From Verrucomicrobiota bacterium (lineage in GTDB: Bacteria > Verrucomicrobiota > Verrucomicrobiia > Limisphaerales > Palsa-1400), in assembly GCA_050014435.1 (NCBI GenBank), contig JBEKDI010000006.1, forward strand, positions 9,205 through 73,204: a stretch of 64,000 nt of DNA, in the 5' to 3' direction. The notes under the pieces were generated by a model that worked only from the letters and a program-made list of their open reading frames with translations, did not search any database and was not told the origin of the DNA. Both the position numbers and the translations under genes were made by a program. The stretch's first letter is position 1; every line of letters begins with the position of its first letter. Below, piece after piece: positions 22,299 through 31,380 of this stretch.

Positions 22299-22304
22299 CA
22301 CAAC

Positions 22305-23060
22305 ATGGCCGAAAAATATTACGACAGCGAGCGCGCCCTTTCGGAATATTTGCTTTTTCATTATGGCGGGCAGGCGGACCGCATCCCCGTCTCTTTGGCT
22401 GCCGCGCTCCAATTTCCAGTTCGTTGCGTAAAAGAATGCCTCGATGCCACGCTTCTGCCGTTCCAAGCCCGGGCGCTGGATTTAGGCTGCGCCGTCGGGC
22501 GCAGTTCTTTCGAATTGGCCCGCCATTGCGCGCAGGTCCTTGGCATTGATTTTTCCGCCAACTTTATCCACGTTTCCACCCATTTGCGCGACACCGGCTC
22601 CTTCGATTTTAATTACATCGAGGAAGGCGAGTTGACCCGGCCACATCGCGCCGTCGTACCACCCGATATCGACCGCAAGCGGGTAAATTTCGAGCAAGGC
22701 GACGCCGTCAATTTGCGATCGGGTCTCGGACAATTCGACGTGGTGTTGATGGCCAATCTGATAGATCGCGTGGCCAATCCGGCAAGATGCCTCGAACAAC
22801 TCCCCGGATTGCTTAAGCCCGGCGGCCAACTTGTCATTACGTCGCCCTACACTTGGTTGCCCGAATACACCCCGCGCGAAAATTGGCTGGGCGGTTTTAT
22901 CCGCGACGGCCAGCCTGTGCAAACGTTTGACACCCTGAAAAAAATCCTCACGCCAAAAAATGAGCTGTCCTACCGGCAGGACTTGCCCTTTGTGATTCGC
23001 GAACACGCCCGCAAGTACCAATTGGGCCTTGCCGACGCCACCTGCTGGATTAGAAGATAG
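22305..23060 (+). CDS. class I SAM-dependent methyltransferase (OvoA C-terminal-domain-like)
   Basis: YYDSERALSEYLLFHYG followed by LDLGCAVGRSSFELA (SAM motif I) and LKPGGQLVI. From memory this resembles the 4-mercaptohistidine N1-methyltransferase-like family. Confidence 0.8.
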   Translation: MAEKYYDSERALSEYLLFHYGGQADRIPVSLAAALQFPVRCVKECLDATLLPFQARALDLGCAVGRSSFELARHCAQVLGIDFSANFIHVSTHLRDTGSFDFNYIEEGELTRPHRAVVPPDIDRKRVNFEQGDAVNLRSGLGQFDVVLMANLIDRVANPARCLEQLPGLLKPGGQLVITSPYTWLPEYTPRENWLGGFIRDGQPVQTFDTLKKILTPKNELSYRQDLPFVIREHARKYQLGLADATCWIRR

Positions 23061-23064
23061 ATAC

Positions 23065-23190
23065 ATGTTCCAATTGACCGCACAGGATTTCGAAAACTTT
23101 AAGTCGCAAATCGCGACTTCAACCTTGGAAGTGCCACAAATTGAAGATGTTGCACCGAACAGGTCGCAAATTGCGACCTTAAACATTTAA
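23065..23190 (+). pseudogene. fragment duplicating the central part of the downstream ORF6N gene
   Basis: A 41-codon ORF reads MFQLTAQDFENFKSQIATSTLEVPQIEDVAPNRSQIATLNI. It parallels FMFQLTAREFEDLKSQIATSSPEMPQIEGVASNWSQIVTSS encoded at 23357-23482 (offset 292 nt). Confidence 0.55.
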
Positions 23191-23203
23191 GCAAAGGGAA
23201 AAC

Positions 23204-23842
23204 ATGATGCCGAAAAGACCGATTGAAACACTGATTGTAAACGTGCGCAGCCAGAAGGTGATTCTGGATACGGATCTGGCGCAGCTCTACGGTGTGCCGA
23301 CGAAGGTTTTCAACCAATCGGTTAAGCGCAATGCCGACCGTTTCCCAGAAGATTTCATGTTCCAACTGACGGCGCGCGAATTTGAGGACTTGAAGTCGCA
23401 AATTGCGACTTCAAGCCCGGAAATGCCACAAATAGAAGGCGTTGCATCGAACTGGTCACAAATTGTGACCAGTTCAAAGAAGCATCGGGGTGCCACTTAT
23501 CGTCCCTACGCCTTTACCGAACACGGTGCATTGATGGCCGCTAATGTTCTTCATAGCAAACGGGCCATTGAAATGAGCGTGTTTGTTGTGAGGGCTTTCC
23601 TCAGAATGCGCGGGGCGCTCACGGAGACTCGGGAATTGGCCCGCAAACTCGCCGCGCTTGAATCCGAACTCAAATCCCGGCTGGACATTCATGAATCGGC
23701 GATAGTGGATGTCCTGGAGCGCATCATGAAGGTTCTCGATCCTCCACCCCTACCCCCAGAACCACCTCCGCCCGAAATCGGATTTCATATCAGAGAAGGC
23801 GATGTGCCCCATCGCGTAAGGAGAAAGCGCGGCAGATCATGA
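23204..23842 (+). CDS. ORF6N (KilA-N-like) domain DNA-binding protein
   Basis: IVNVRSQKVILDTDLAQLYGVPTKVFNQSVKRNADRFPEDFMFQLT ... YRPYAFTEHGALMAANVL is the ORF6N signature. The tail is Pro-rich. Confidence 0.85.
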   Translation: MMPKRPIETLIVNVRSQKVILDTDLAQLYGVPTKVFNQSVKRNADRFPEDFMFQLTAREFEDLKSQIATSSPEMPQIEGVASNWSQIVTSSKKHRGATYRPYAFTEHGALMAANVLHSKRAIEMSVFVVRAFLRMRGALTETRELARKLAALESELKSRLDIHESAIVDVLERIMKVLDPPPLPPEPPPPEIGFHIREGDVPHRVRRKRGRS

Positions 23843-23890
23843 TGCCGGCACACTCTGGCATGAGAAGATAAATGACCAAGAAAATGTCTT

Positions 23891-24718
23891 ATGACGAATC
23901 ACGAACGACCACGGAATGTCCAACTGGTGCGTCATCCATTAGTCATCAGGCTTTTATCATTAGCCATTCTCCTCTGCGCCCTGTCCGGCTGCTCGCCCAA
24001 ACCGCATCCGCAGTTGATCGTCGGCATGGAACTGGCCTATCCGCCCTTTGAAATGATTGACACGCAGGGCCGCCCCGCCGGCGTCAGCGTCGATCTGGCC
24101 CGTGCGCTCGGCCAGTATCTGGACCGAGAGTTGGAAATCGCCAACATTCCCTTTGACGGATTGATTCCCTCGCTGCAAACGCACAAGATCGACCTGATTA
24201 TTTCCTCCATGACCGCCACACCCGAACGCGCGAAGTCCATCGCCTTTTCCGATCCTTACTTGACAACCGGCCTTTGTCTCCTGGTCGGCAAAAGTTCGCC
24301 CATCCAGTCCATCGCCGAGGCCGACCAACCGGGGCGGACGATCGTGGTCAAGCGCGGAACAACCGGTCACATTTATGCCGCGGACCACATCAAAAAGGCG
24401 CGCCTGCTGGTGGTGGACAAGGAGGACGCCTGCGTTTTGGAAGTCGTGCAAGGGAAGGCGGACGCGTTTATTTACGACCAGATTTCAACTTACGAAAACT
24501 GGCGGCGCAACCCGGAGACGACGCGTCCGCTGTTGAAACCGTTTCAACGAGAGTCCTGGGCGGCCGGCCTGCGTCCGGGCGACGCTGAACTGCTGACGAA
24601 AGTCAATCATTTTTTTAAGGACTACAAGGCGCGCGGCGGTTTCGAGCAATTGGGCGACCGTTACCTGAAGGACCAAAAAGAGGCTTTCAGAAAAATGGGG
24701 TATCCGTTCTACTTTTGA
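23891..24718 (+). CDS. polar amino-acid ABC transporter substrate-binding lipoprotein (family 3)
   Basis: Lipobox LSGC. The segment YPPFEMIDTQGRPAGVSVDLARALG....L.I.NIPFDGLIPSLQTHKIDLIISSMT is typical of this family. Confidence 0.9.
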   Translation: MTNHERPRNVQLVRHPLVIRLLSLAILLCALSGCSPKPHPQLIVGMELAYPPFEMIDTQGRPAGVSVDLARALGQYLDRELEIANIPFDGLIPSLQTHKIDLIISSMTATPERAKSIAFSDPYLTTGLCLLVGKSSPIQSIAEADQPGRTIVVKRGTTGHIYAADHIKKARLLVVDKEDACVLEVVQGKADAFIYDQISTYENWRRNPETTRPLLKPFQRESWAAGLRPGDAELLTKVNHFFKDYKARGGFEQLGDRYLKDQKEAFRKMGYPFYF

Positions 24719-24721
24719 GCC

Positions 24722-25516
24722 ATGCCGTGGACGCGCTATTTTGCCGTGGCCGATGAGCCGGGAACGCTTCCGCCCGGGTGGCCGGTGCGGGCGCTCAATT
24801 TCGGCCTTGCTGTCCTGGCCATCTCGCTCGTTTTCTGCCTGTCATTCCGGCATCTGGCTTATCATCTGCGCTGGGGTTCTGTTTATCAGTACCGGGCGCT
24901 CTTCTGGCAGGGATGGCTCACCACGATTGGTATTTCCGTCGCCGCCTTGGTTTTAAGCACCGTCATCGGGCTGCTCTCGGCCCTGGCTCTGCGCAGCCGT
25001 CTTCTGCCGTTGCGCTATCTGGCCAGGATTTACGTGGAACTGGTTCGCGGCACGCCGTTGCTGGTGCAAATCCTGATCTTTTTCTACGTCGTGGCGGATG
25101 CGATTGGCGTGGGCAATCGCTACCTGGTTGGCGTGCTCACGCTCGCTTTCTTCAGCGGGGCTTACATTTCGGAAATTATTCGCGCGGGTATCGAGAGCGT
25201 CGGCCAGTCGCAGCTCGAATCGGCCAGGGCGATCGGCCTGACCCCGGCGCAGACTTAGCGGCACGTCATTTTCCCGCAAGCCTTGCGCCAGACACTGCCG
25301 CCGCTGGCCGGGCAGTTCGTCTCCCTGGTCAAGGACTCGTCGCTGCTCTCCATCATTTCCATCAGCGAATTCACCTGGAACGCCGAAAGCGTCAGCGCAA
25401 TGACCTACAGCACGTTGGAAAGCTATCTGCCGCTGGCGGCCGGCTATCTGGTTTTAACCCTGCCCATTTCCCTTTGGACGCGACATCTGGAAAAACGGCA
25501 CCGCTACGAAACCTGA
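24722..25516 (+). pseudogene. amino-acid ABC transporter permease interrupted by one in-frame TAG (25256-25258)
   Basis: Track ORFs 24722..25258 and 25283..25516 share one frame. The protein reads ...ESARAIGLTPAQT*RHVIFPQALRQTLPPLAGQFVSLVKDSSL... through the conserved EAA-loop region of His/Glu/Gln/Arg-type permeases. Confidence 0.8.
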
Positions 25517-25518
25517 CG

Positions 25519-26250
25519 GTGAAACTCGCCCTCCAACAGATCAGCAAGCGATTCGGCATCCATCCGGCGCTGGACGGGGTGTCCCTGCAGCTTGAGAAGG
25601 TGCATACGCTGGCGCTGATCGGTCCGTCGGGCGGCGGCAAATCCACCCTGCTCAGAATCATCGCCGGCCTGGAACATCCAGATTCCGGGACGGTGGAGAT
25701 CAACGGCGAGCGCATTGTTTTCGAGGAGGAGCGCCTGCGGCAACATCGCCGCACCATCGGCACGGTCTTCCAGGCCTTCAATCTATTCCCGCATTTGACC
25801 GCGCTGCAAAACATCACCCTGCCGCTCGAGAAAGTTCACGGCCACCCCGCGCCGGAAGCGGAGGAAATCGCCCGTCGGCTCCTCGCCCGATTTCGCCTGC
25901 AAGATCACGCCGGCAAACGTCCGGCCGAATTGTCCGGCGGCCAGCGCCAGCGGGTCGCCATCGCCCGCGCCATTTCCATCAAGCCGCGCCTGTTGCTCTT
26001 CGACGAACCCACCTCCGCCCTGGACCCCGACATGACTTCCGAGGTCCTGGACATGATCAAGGAACTGCGGGAAGAAGGCCGTGATTTCGTTCTTGTCACC
26101 CATGAAATGGGCTTTGCCCGCCAAGTCGCCGATCAGGCGGCCTTTCTCGCCGGGGGCCGCATTATCGAGGCCGGCCCCGTCGCGCCGCTTTTCGATTCCT
26201 CCACAGCGCCGCAGACCCGGGATTTCCTCGCCAAGGTGCTCAAATACTAA
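25519..26250 (+). CDS. amino-acid ABC transporter ATP-binding protein (GlnQ type)
   Basis: GTG at 25519 (VKLALQQISKRFG). Walker A GPSGGGKST, signature LSGGQRQR, Walker B LLLFDEPTSALD. The 247 codons upstream in track ORF 24778..26250 are out-of-frame read-through over the permease. Confidence 0.9.
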   Translation: MKLALQQISKRFGIHPALDGVSLQLEKVHTLALIGPSGGGKSTLLRIIAGLEHPDSGTVEINGERIVFEEERLRQHRRTIGTVFQAFNLFPHLTALQNITLPLEKVHGHPAPEAEEIARRLLARFRLQDHAGKRPAELSGGQRQRVAIARAISIKPRLLLFDEPTSALDPDMTSEVLDMIKELREEGRDFVLVTHEMGFARQVADQAAFLAGGRIIEAGPVAPLFDSSTAPQTRDFLAKVLKY

Positions 26251-26268
26251 CACCGCCCCTGCGGCCCA

Positions 26269-26526
26269 TCAAAGGTCAAAACCGGACTCGGGTTTTTGCA
26301 AAACGCTTCGCCTGCGGTATTTGTCAGAAACTTCCAGCAGCAGGGCCTTTTCCGCCGGCGTAAGACTGTCCGCGCCCTTTTCGGATATTTTTTGCAGGAT
26401 GGCGTCGACCTCCTTCTCGGGCCGCCTTGGCGGAGAGGAGCGGGCGGGTTGGCCGCGTTTGCCGAAATCAAATGCCTCCAGCGGAAGAAACAACGGGTTC
26501 TTCACCACGTAGATAAACAACAGCAC
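26269..26526 (-). CDS. small TM protein with a helical tail, or the frameshifted C-terminus of the rhomboid gene
   Basis: VLLFIYVV TM segment followed by EKEVDAILQKISEKGADSLTPAEKALLLEVSDKYRRR. From memory this resembles a short tail found fused to some rhomboids. It overlaps the rhomboid ORF by 25 nt in another frame. Confidence 0.5.
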   Translation of the reverse strand: MLLFIYVVKNPLFLPLEAFDFGKRGQPARSSPPRRPEKEVDAILQKISEKGADSLTPAEKALLLEVSDKYRRRSVLQKPESGFDL

Positions 26527-27137
26527 CGTGCCGAGCGATAGGCCGCAAAAAGCTTTGGGCTGTATCGAACCATTTCCGGATAGAGCAGCGCGGCGGTAAA
26601 CATTCCAACCAACGCCCCACCCAGATGCGCATCATGGCCGACGTTGCCCATATGGGTTTTCATTCCGTAAAACGAGCCGGCCAGGAAGCCGATGGCGTAA
26701 AGCCAGGAGGGAATGTGCACGGGAATAAAGACGATGTTTATGGCAGAGCCGGGAAACAAAAAAATAAACGCATAGATGATCCCGCAAACGCCTCCCGAAG
26801 CCCCGTAAGCGCGATAATCGTGATAACGATGCACCACCAATGATAGTAAATCACCGCCGATTAGCCCGGCAAAATAGATCACCAGAAACTGGCCCGCCCC
26901 ACACCGGAACTCGATGAGAGACCCGAACAAATACAAGGTGACCATGTTCATCGCCAAATGCACTCCGCTGGCATGAAGAAATCCCGACGTAACGAGACGA
27001 TAATATTGATGCTGGGCAAGAATCGCTTCCGGCCAAAAAATATATTTTTGCTCGAAGCAGGAACTCCTGAATCCCTGGTAGGTAACCCAGCAGGTGATGG
27101 CAATCACCAGAAAATTAGCATAGGCGAGGCGTTCCAT
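26502..27137 (-). CDS. rhomboid family intramembrane serine protease
   Basis: ATG at 27137 (MERLAYANF). Six TM helices. The rhomboid motifs are FLHASGVHLAMNM, the catalytic GASGG, and HLGGALVG. Confidence 0.9.
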   Translation of the reverse strand: MERLAYANFLVIAITCWVTYQGFRSSCFEQKYIFWPEAILAQHQYYRLVTSGFLHASGVHLAMNMVTLYLFGSLIEFRCGAGQFLVIYFAGLIGGDLLSLVVHRYHDYRAYGASGGVCGIIYAFIFLFPGSAINIVFIPVHIPSWLYAIGFLAGSFYGMKTHMGNVGHDAHLGGALVGMFTAALLYPEMVRYSPKLFAAYRSARCCCLSTW

Positions 27138-27219
27138 GGGAATAGTTCTGTGCTCAAGCACAGCATGGCACGCGCGAAGCCGCCCTGTCAATCCAGTAAC
27201 GTCAAAACGGCAAAAAAAC

Positions 27220-27375
27220 TCAGTGGCTGAAAATGCCGTATCTGACCAGGGCCAGGACAAAACCGATCAGGCTCACGGCCAAAAGCCAGAAGATTCCCTT
27301 GACCGCCAGTACCACACCCGTGACCAGGAGCGCAGCCATTATCAGCCAAACCAAAATAACCACAAAAATATTCAT
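27220..27375 (-). CDS. possible 51-aa double-TM micro-protein
   Basis: MNIFVVILVWLIMAALLVTGVVLAVKGIFWLLAVSLIGFVLALVRYGIFSH, from ATG at 27375 to TGA at 27220. It is below the ORF-track size cut-off and supported by hydrophobicity only. Confidence 0.3.
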   Translation of the reverse strand: MNIFVVILVWLIMAALLVTGVVLAVKGIFWLLAVSLIGFVLALVRYGIFSH

Positions 27376-27459
27376 GCAGCAGACAATCTAATCCACTTGC
27401 AGGAGGAATCAAGCCGGGACTTGACTATGCGTTAAACAACCATGGTGCGACTGGCGGCG

Positions 27460-28257
27460 TCACCTGCCAGGGCCGGGTTGGGCTTGCGGCTTGAAGAAGC
27501 CGTTGTCGAACGTGAATTGCCAGGCGATGTAGCATTGGAACTTGATCGGGCCGTCGAGGCACCGGCCGGCGGAAAAAAGCAAATGCTGATGCTCGCTGAA
27601 ATCAATGACCGTGCCGACGTTGAATGCGGTGCCAAAATTGGGAAAGTCGGTTTCATACAACGTCTGATGATAAACCTCCATACCAATGAGGACATTGGTC
27701 CAAACCTGTTTCTGCAACACGCCCCCGGCAAACCCCCAGTTGTCGTGGCCGGTAAAGGAATTGATTCCATAGCCAGCCCCGCCGTAAGCCGTCCATGAAC
27801 CCCAACTCTTCTGAATCCACAAGGGGAGAAAGGCCTGGGTGTGGCCATTGCCGAGATTATCGCGCTCGCTGCCGGTCGGCAGTTCCACCAAGGGAAAAAT
27901 TCCCACTTGGGGCCACCCGTTCGTCTCCTGGATAAACCGGTACTTTGCGCCCAGTTCAAGATCGCCCGACCCGTAATGCGCGGCTCCCTCCGGTGGCGAA
28001 TCGTAGGCCAGGGGCATGATCATGTGAAGCTGCAAGTCCGGCACCGCCCCATAGTTGACTTCAATGTGCGGCGCAGTGCCGGACCAGTCACCCCCGAGTT
28101 CCGAATGCATCGAAGCGACGTAAAACTCCCAATTTTGGTACTCCACCGGCTCCGGATCGTCCGTGACGAACGGCGGACCGCCCAGGGAGGCTCCAACCAT
28201 CCGCAGGCTGAGGGCGGCCGACAGAGCAATGACGGACAAGCGTTGTTTGGTAAGCAT
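27460..28257 (-). CDS. outer-membrane beta-barrel transporter (MetA-pathway/phenol-degradation-like family)
   Basis: A signal peptide starts at ATG 28257 (MLTKQRLSVIALSAALSL). It continues with PFVTDDPEPVEYQNWEFY and alternating beta-strand patterns ending in an aromatic-rich C-terminus. Confidence 0.75.
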   Translation of the reverse strand: MLTKQRLSVIALSAALSLRMVGASLGGPPFVTDDPEPVEYQNWEFYVASMHSELGGDWSGTAPHIEVNYGAVPDLQLHMIMPLAYDSPPEGAAHYGSGDLELGAKYRFIQETNGWPQVGIFPLVELPTGSERDNLGNGHTQAFLPLWIQKSWGSWTAYGGAGYGINSFTGHDNWGFAGGVLQKQVWTNVLIGMEVYHQTLYETDFPNFGTAFNVGTVIDFSEHQHLLFSAGRCLDGPIKFQCYIAWQFTFDNGFFKPQAQPGPGR

Positions 28258-28267
28258 GACAGACTCC

Positions 28268-28588
28268 CTAATCGGCGACCAAATAAAAGCCCAGGACGAT
28301 GAGAACGCCCGCAATCACTCCCAAATAAACAATGCCGGTCAAGCGATGGACGGTCGTTTTCGACCCCTGGCCGCGATTCATCCCAGCCAAGCCAAACCCC
28401 AGCACAAGATAAACAACGAGAACAATGGCCACATGGGTGACCCAATGATTGCCGGTCATTTTTTGCATCCATTCCGCGACACCTTTGCTCTTCTCCTTGG
28501 CGATCACCAGCAAGGCGTTGAGCACGGCGCAGAGGGCCAGCGCCAACCCGAACGAGATCGTATGTTTGGAGACGGCGGGATTTTCCAT
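28268..28588 (-). CDS. hypothetical integral membrane protein
   Basis: 106 aa with 3-4 hydrophobic helices. It lies 10 nt upstream of the OM transporter gene and 4 nt downstream of 28593..29054, forming an operon. Confidence 0.6.
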   Translation of the reverse strand: MENPAVSKHTISFGLALALCAVLNALLVIAKEKSKGVAEWMQKMTGNHWVTHVAIVLVVYLVLGFGLAGMNRGQGSKTTVHRLTGIVYLGVIAGVLIVLGFYLVAD

Positions 28589-28592
28589 GATA

Positions 28593-29054
28593 TCAATTTG
28601 GCTTCACCAGAAGCGCCACCTTCACTCCCATCGCAATGATCGCGCCGTGCCCCTCGGCCAGCAAGGCCAGCACCGCGACCAGCGCCGCCACGCACAGCGC
28701 CAGCCGCCGCGCCTCCCGGTTCGCCGCCAGGTTGTTGGAAGCCGCGATGGGGAGATACGTGGCCAGCAGCAACAGCGTGATGACAAAATGCTCCTTTGTC
28801 TCCATGAAGTAGTCATGGGCAAACGGCCAGGGCCCCTTGAGAATGATGCTTTTATCCGCCTTGTAGAAAACAACATACCAATAGCCGCCGATCAAAAAGG
28901 CGCTCCACATGGCAGCCGCGAGGGCCCAACTCATCCTTCGGATCCGTGCTTGATTCGTGGCAGAGGCATGCAACACATCCACAAAAATCCATACGGCGAC
29001 GAGGAGGCAACCCACTCCGAAAACAACATGCGCCATCAAGATCGGTTGGTTCAT
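28593..29054 (-). CDS. hypothetical integral membrane protein
   Basis: 153 aa with 4 hydrophobic helices. It is the first gene of the three-gene membrane operon. Confidence 0.6.
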   Translation of the reverse strand: MNQPILMAHVVFGVGCLLVAVWIFVDVLHASATNQARIRRMSWALAAAMWSAFLIGGYWYVVFYKADKSIILKGPWPFAHDYFMETKEHFVITLLLLATYLPIAASNNLAANREARRLALCVAALVAVLALLAEGHGAIIAMGVKVALLVKPN

Positions 29055-29108
29055 ATCAGCCGGCGCGGAAACATTGCATTTCGTACCACATTGTCAACCG
29101 CAAATTGC

Positions 29109-30866
29109 TCACTTTGGCGTGGGTGCCGCCGGGGCATTGGCAGTTTTCAATTCCTTCTCGATTTCCCTTTGCAACCGGCGTGCCATCTCGAAGCGGGGAT
29201 CCAACCGCAACGCCTCGGCGCACGCTTCCCGGGCCTTGGCGGGCTGCCCCGTCCGCTCATACACGCTGGCCAGATTGAACCATCGCTCCGAAAAGCCCGG
29301 ATTCTGACGCGCCGCCAATTCCAGCCACGCCACCGCTTCCCGCCACCGGCCGATTTTCGCGTCCGTCAGGCCAAGTTGCGTCGTCAGCCTGTCGTTTTCC
29401 GGATAAATTTGCCGCGCCCGTTGCAAGGTCGTGATGATCTGGTCCGCCTGCTCCGGGGTCAGCGTCTTGGCCGTCCGCCATTTCGTCATCTGGGGCAGAG
29501 CGAAAACCGACGCCACTGCATTATGCTCGATGCGTTTGATCCCTGGATGTTGGAACTCCGTCCGCATATATAAAGTCAGGTCGTCCCGCCAGGCGCCCAT
29601 CTGGCCGAGGCTCGTGCCCGTCCAGATGGCGATCAACGCCGCCGCCGCCGTGGCGGCCAGGCGCGGGCGCAGCCGTGAACCGTTCAAAAACGCGCCGCCC
29701 AGCGCCAGCAGAAATCCCATTAACGGCAGATATAGAAATCGCTCCGCCATGTATTGCATCATCGGCAGGAGATTGGAAACAGGCAGCAGGAACAGGCCAA
29801 GCCAGATCAAACCGAACGCTGACATTCGCCACTCCGGACGCCGCCACAGCCACGCCGCCAGCGCGACGAAGAACAATACCAAAAGCACTCCACCCAGCAC
29901 CGCTCCTGAAAGAAAAGGATGCGGCGGCGCGCCCACCATGAAATCATAATCGGCGCAAAACGGTGGGATGCCCCAAAGCAGCCGCCAGTATTCCAACGCC
30001 ACCGGAAGCATATCGACCAAGGTTTGTCCATAACTCCCGGAGAGCGGCGCGCACTGCGCGGATTGGCCGAGGACCAGATGGCGATAAACCACGTAGAACC
30101 CAGCCACCGCCAAAAACGCGGTCGTCAGCGCCGCGCTCCGCCGCCAAGGCAGTTTCAACACCCTGGCAAACACGACAAACACGATCAGGGCCAGCGGCAC
30201 GGCGGATTCCTTGGAAAAAGCCGCGAGCAAAAAAAACACCAGCGCGGATGCATAATGTGCCGTTGCAGACATGGATTTCCAATGATCCCCTCTCCCCGCA
30301 AGGCGGGGAGAGGGCAGGGAGAGGGGTTCGTATAGGAGCAGCGACCGCATTGCGGCGAGCACAAACACCGCCGCCATCAAATCATCGAGACACTTGACCC
30401 AGCAAACTGCTTCAGACACCACCGGATGCGCCGCGAAACCGAGTGCGACCAACAATGCCGTCAACCTCGCCGCAGGCGGCGTCGCGCCCGCAACGCGCTG
30501 GCAGAGCAATGCCACCACCGAAAACAGCAGCATCGCAGCCAGCCCGTGCCACAGAACATTCGACAGATGAAAAATCCACGCTTGCGGCTCCGCCCGGCCG
30601 CCGATGGCCTGAAGCAGCGCGTAAAAGGCCGTGCGCACCGGGCGAAAACTCGGCACTACTTCAGCCGATTGCGCCTTCACCGACGTAAAAATCGCGGGCA
30701 GGTTCTTCAGCGAGCGGATGCTCGTGTTTTGCACCACCAGCACAGAATCATCCCAGACAAACCCAAACCGAACCGTGTTTCCCCAGACCAGGATCGTGAA
30801 GAGCCAGATCAGGCCGCAACAGGCCCACGTCCTGGACAGATATTTTTCCAATGCCACGCCCTGCAT
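29109..30866 (-). CDS. polytopic membrane protein with C-terminal TPR domain (PMT/TMTC-like glycosyltransferase family)
   Basis: The N-terminus FGFVWDDSVLVVQN (a DD/DE motif after TM1) and ~10 TM helices fit this family. The C-terminal TPR reads YPENDRLTTQLGLTDAKIGRWREAVAWLELAARQNPG...YERTGQPAKAREACAEALRLDP. Confidence 0.7.
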   Translation of the reverse strand: MQGVALEKYLSRTWACCGLIWLFTILVWGNTVRFGFVWDDSVLVVQNTSIRSLKNLPAIFTSVKAQSAEVVPSFRPVRTAFYALLQAIGGRAEPQAWIFHLSNVLWHGLAAMLLFSVVALLCQRVAGATPPAARLTALLVALGFAAHPVVSEAVCWVKCLDDLMAAVFVLAAMRSLLLYEPLSLPSPRLAGRGDHWKSMSATAHYASALVFFLLAAFSKESAVPLALIVFVVFARVLKLPWRRSAALTTAFLAVAGFYVVYRHLVLGQSAQCAPLSGSYGQTLVDMLPVALEYWRLLWGIPPFCADYDFMVGAPPHPFLSGAVLGGVLLVLFFVALAAWLWRRPEWRMSAFGLIWLGLFLLPVSNLLPMMQYMAERFLYLPLMGFLLALGGAFLNGSRLRPRLAATAAAALIAIWTGTSLGQMGAWRDDLTLYMRTEFQHPGIKRIEHNAVASVFALPQMTKWRTAKTLTPEQADQIITTLQRARQIYPENDRLTTQLGLTDAKIGRWREAVAWLELAARQNPGFSERWFNLASVYERTGQPAKAREACAEALRLDPRFEMARRLQREIEKELKTANAPAAPTPK

Positions 30867-30946
30867 TATAATCCTTGCCCCTCAGAAGTCGTCTCAGAAA
30901 TGGTCACGCGGTTGACAGGGGATTGGTCTTGCGGGATGATGCGCTT

Positions 30947-31369
30947 ATGGAAAAAATTATTTATCCGCGCAGTCCGCGCGAAATGATGTCCGGCTGGGTC
31001 TATCTTCCCCGGTTCGTCGATAAAATCCGGCTGCACAAGGCCGGCAAACTCCATGCCGATTACCAGGAGAATTTTACCAAGGGCTTCGACGGCGCCTGGC
31101 TCAAGGCCGCCGGCCTTACCGCCGAAAAATTCCTCCCAGTGGTCGAAAATTCCCTGACTGACGGCGAGGTGGCTGATTGGGTCGCCAAGAATGTCCACAA
31201 GTCGGATGCGGACAAAGCCACCTTTCGTGATTTTGTTTTCAATCGCGGGCGTGACGATGAAGCCGGCAAGGCCCGTTTGAAAATGCGCAAGGAGGAAGCA
31301 GGTTTTGCCCAACGCGACGATATCCAGACCTTTGTCGATTTCATCGACGCCGACGAGAAAAGGCTTTGA
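30947..31369 (+). CDS. DUF5069-like protein
   Basis: ATG at 30947. YPRSPREMMSGWVYLPRFVDKIRLHKAGKL matches my memory of the DUF5069 N-terminal motif. Confidence 0.6.
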   Translation: MEKIIYPRSPREMMSGWVYLPRFVDKIRLHKAGKLHADYQENFTKGFDGAWLKAAGLTAEKFLPVVENSLTDGEVADWVAKNVHKSDADKATFRDFVFNRGRDDEAGKARLKMRKEEAGFAQRDDIQTFVDFIDADEKRL

Positions 31370-31380
31370 ATCGCCGGCCC

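Noticed and set aside
25256-25258. TAG in the permease as programmed recoding (e.g. pyrrolysine)
   Set aside because: TAG functions as an ordinary stop for other genes in the window (23058-23060, 49466-49468). No pyl genes or recoding structure are evident. A nonsense mutation or sequencing error is simpler.
24778-25518. N-terminal 247 codons of the 490-aa track ORF 24778..26250
   Set aside because: They run out of frame over the permease gene and have Arg/Gly/Ala-rich composition. The ATPase homology starts only at the GTG at 25519.
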